DNA of 20,000 bases from Spongospora subterranea f. sp. subterranea (taxonomy: Eukaryota). Position 1 is the first letter of the stretch. Each line of letters starts with the position of its first letter. The notes below the pieces were generated by a model. That model was not told the DNA's origin. It made no database searches and saw only the letters and a program-made list of their open reading frames with translations. A program made the translations under genes and the position numbers. The DNA is taken from contig JAUGWO010000021.1 in assembly GCA_049724395.1 (NCBI GenBank), positions 48,512-68,511 on the forward strand. The letters run 5' to 3'. Of this stretch, positions 18,743-20,000 are shown one piece after another.

Positions 18743-20000
18743 ATCATCCGCGCTAACGCTGCCGCACTACAGTAAATAAGACAGTAGCGAAACTAACTCC
18801 AACTCAACAGGACAATACAAAGCCCTGCTGAATTTCTGTTGGAGAAAAGGCATCCGCATCAGGCCTACATCACATTCCAAGCACGACAATAGCCGTAAAG
18901 TTATCATCCAAGGAATACCACCATATCTCGTCAAAAATGGCATGGCGATCCAAGGATGGAAGGGAAAAAAGCCTGATAAAGCAACACAAATTGGAGACAA
19001 AACGACTGTTTTCCAATTTCAAATGGCAAGAGATGCGGAGCATTGGATATCGCAGGGGACAGTCTCGATATTCGGGAAGTAGTATAAGACACAGGCCTTT
19101 CAAAAAAAGGAAATACGGGTGTGTGAAACTTGCTACTAGATTAATTGCATGGAAAAGAATAAGTGTGGCAGAATTGCCTGCTATACATGCGGTCAATCCC
19201 ACATGGCTACCTCATGTCCCAAGAATTACTGCGGAGTCCAGATGCACTACTTGCGCGGAAGCGGGACATTGGGCAATCCAATGCCCATGGCGTTATCTGT
19301 AAATCAAGATTCAATAAAGCAAATATGACAAAGGGACACACCAAGATGTACCAAATGCAAACAGAATTTACCTACACCGAAAGCCGCTGGGGTGGTATGC
19401 TGTAGTGTGAGCTTGGATGAATTTCATTGACGTTGGAATAACAATCCGTACAGAATGATAGCCTTCAGATATCGGAAAATGCGTTTAGACGCGGTAAATG
19501 GGCCTCGCCAGGATCCTGGACATATCGTGATACTTCGCCGACGGCATAGGCTATATCTGGACGCGTATGGATAAGCCAAATTAGAAGTATGGAAAACAAG
19601 TGAAAACAAAACACTAGAACAAACAACTCCATGGAAAGGAGGAAACAGCAAAGGACTACATTCATCATGCATGGTGGCGATAGAGAATACGAAATACGTA
19701 TTTAGAGATGTGATCGGAATAGGAAACTGCGCTTTCGAAGCGATCAGAGCAACAGGAGCGATCCCGAATATCACAGTGCAAAACCTCAAAGGAAATTTGT
19801 GAATACGCTAGAAATCCTGAGCAAGGAAGAACCATTGCTAAAAAATTAAAGCCCTATATAGGATCGTTGCCAAACAACAACAGCATAGGATTGGACGAAT
19901 ATCTGAGCATAATGAGTATAGAAAGACAATGGGGAGGGCTGTTCGGACTCACCATCGCTGCATACAAATTTAAAATGAACATTATAGTAATAAGTCAGTC
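18743..20000 (+). mobile_element. Second copy of the LINE: ORF1 remnant (18743-19403) and OTU-like domain (19585-20000)
   Basis: Reverse complement of 2203-2865 and 1619-2024. Reads DVIGIGNCAFEAIRATGAIP with no stop, then after a frameshift ICEYARNP...RQWGGLFGLTIAAYKFKMNIIVISQ. Confidence 0.88.
19404..19584 (-). mobile_element. Ty1/Copia reverse transcriptase C-terminal fragment
   Basis: Two frames join to LIWLIHTRPDIAYAVGEVSRYVQDPGEAH / FTASKRIFRYLKAIILYGLLF, the characteristic Copia TRPDI...H....KRI.RYLK region. Confidence 0.88.

Larger units (their letters stand above)
16195..20000 (-). repeat. Right arm of a >=3.8-kb inverted duplication of ~1619-5436
   Basis: Colinear reverse-complement match that includes the same LINE/LTR junction (2865|2866 = 18743|18742). 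Runs to the window edge. Confidence 0.95.

Overview
This is a eukaryotic transposon-dense window with no recognisable intact host gene and no prokaryotic features. From left to right it holds: (1) a minus-strand non-LTR retrotransposon (LINE) with a CCHC-knuckle ORF1 and an ORF2 that starts with an OTU-like cysteine protease domain ahead of the AP endonuclease (its RT would lie off-window); (2) an internally deleted chromodomain-bearing Ty3/Gypsy element with short LTRs (2866-6294); (3) two remnants of the 3' end of a second chromovirus; (4) a hairpin/TIR-bounded element carrying a decayed USP-like deubiquitinase C-terminal half; (5) a decayed Mutator/MULE transposase whose 5' end is built from micro-exons separated by four phase-2 introns; (6) a pogo/Tigger-like remnant with a PIP-box-like motif and a C2H2 finger; (7) two further minus-strand Gypsy copies plus a LINE copy, so that ~1619-5436 recurs inverted at ~16195-20000, with a short Copia RT patch inside the right arm. 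The most interesting signals are deubiquitinase-like cargo on two unrelated element classes, a candidate +1 frameshift at CCC-TGA joining gag to pol, a non-canonical primer-binding region, and the all-phase-2 micro-exon transposase leader. Patchy indel noise and the large fold-back suggest part of the architecture could be an assembly or amplification artefact. All domain calls come from motif recognition by eye; no searches were run.
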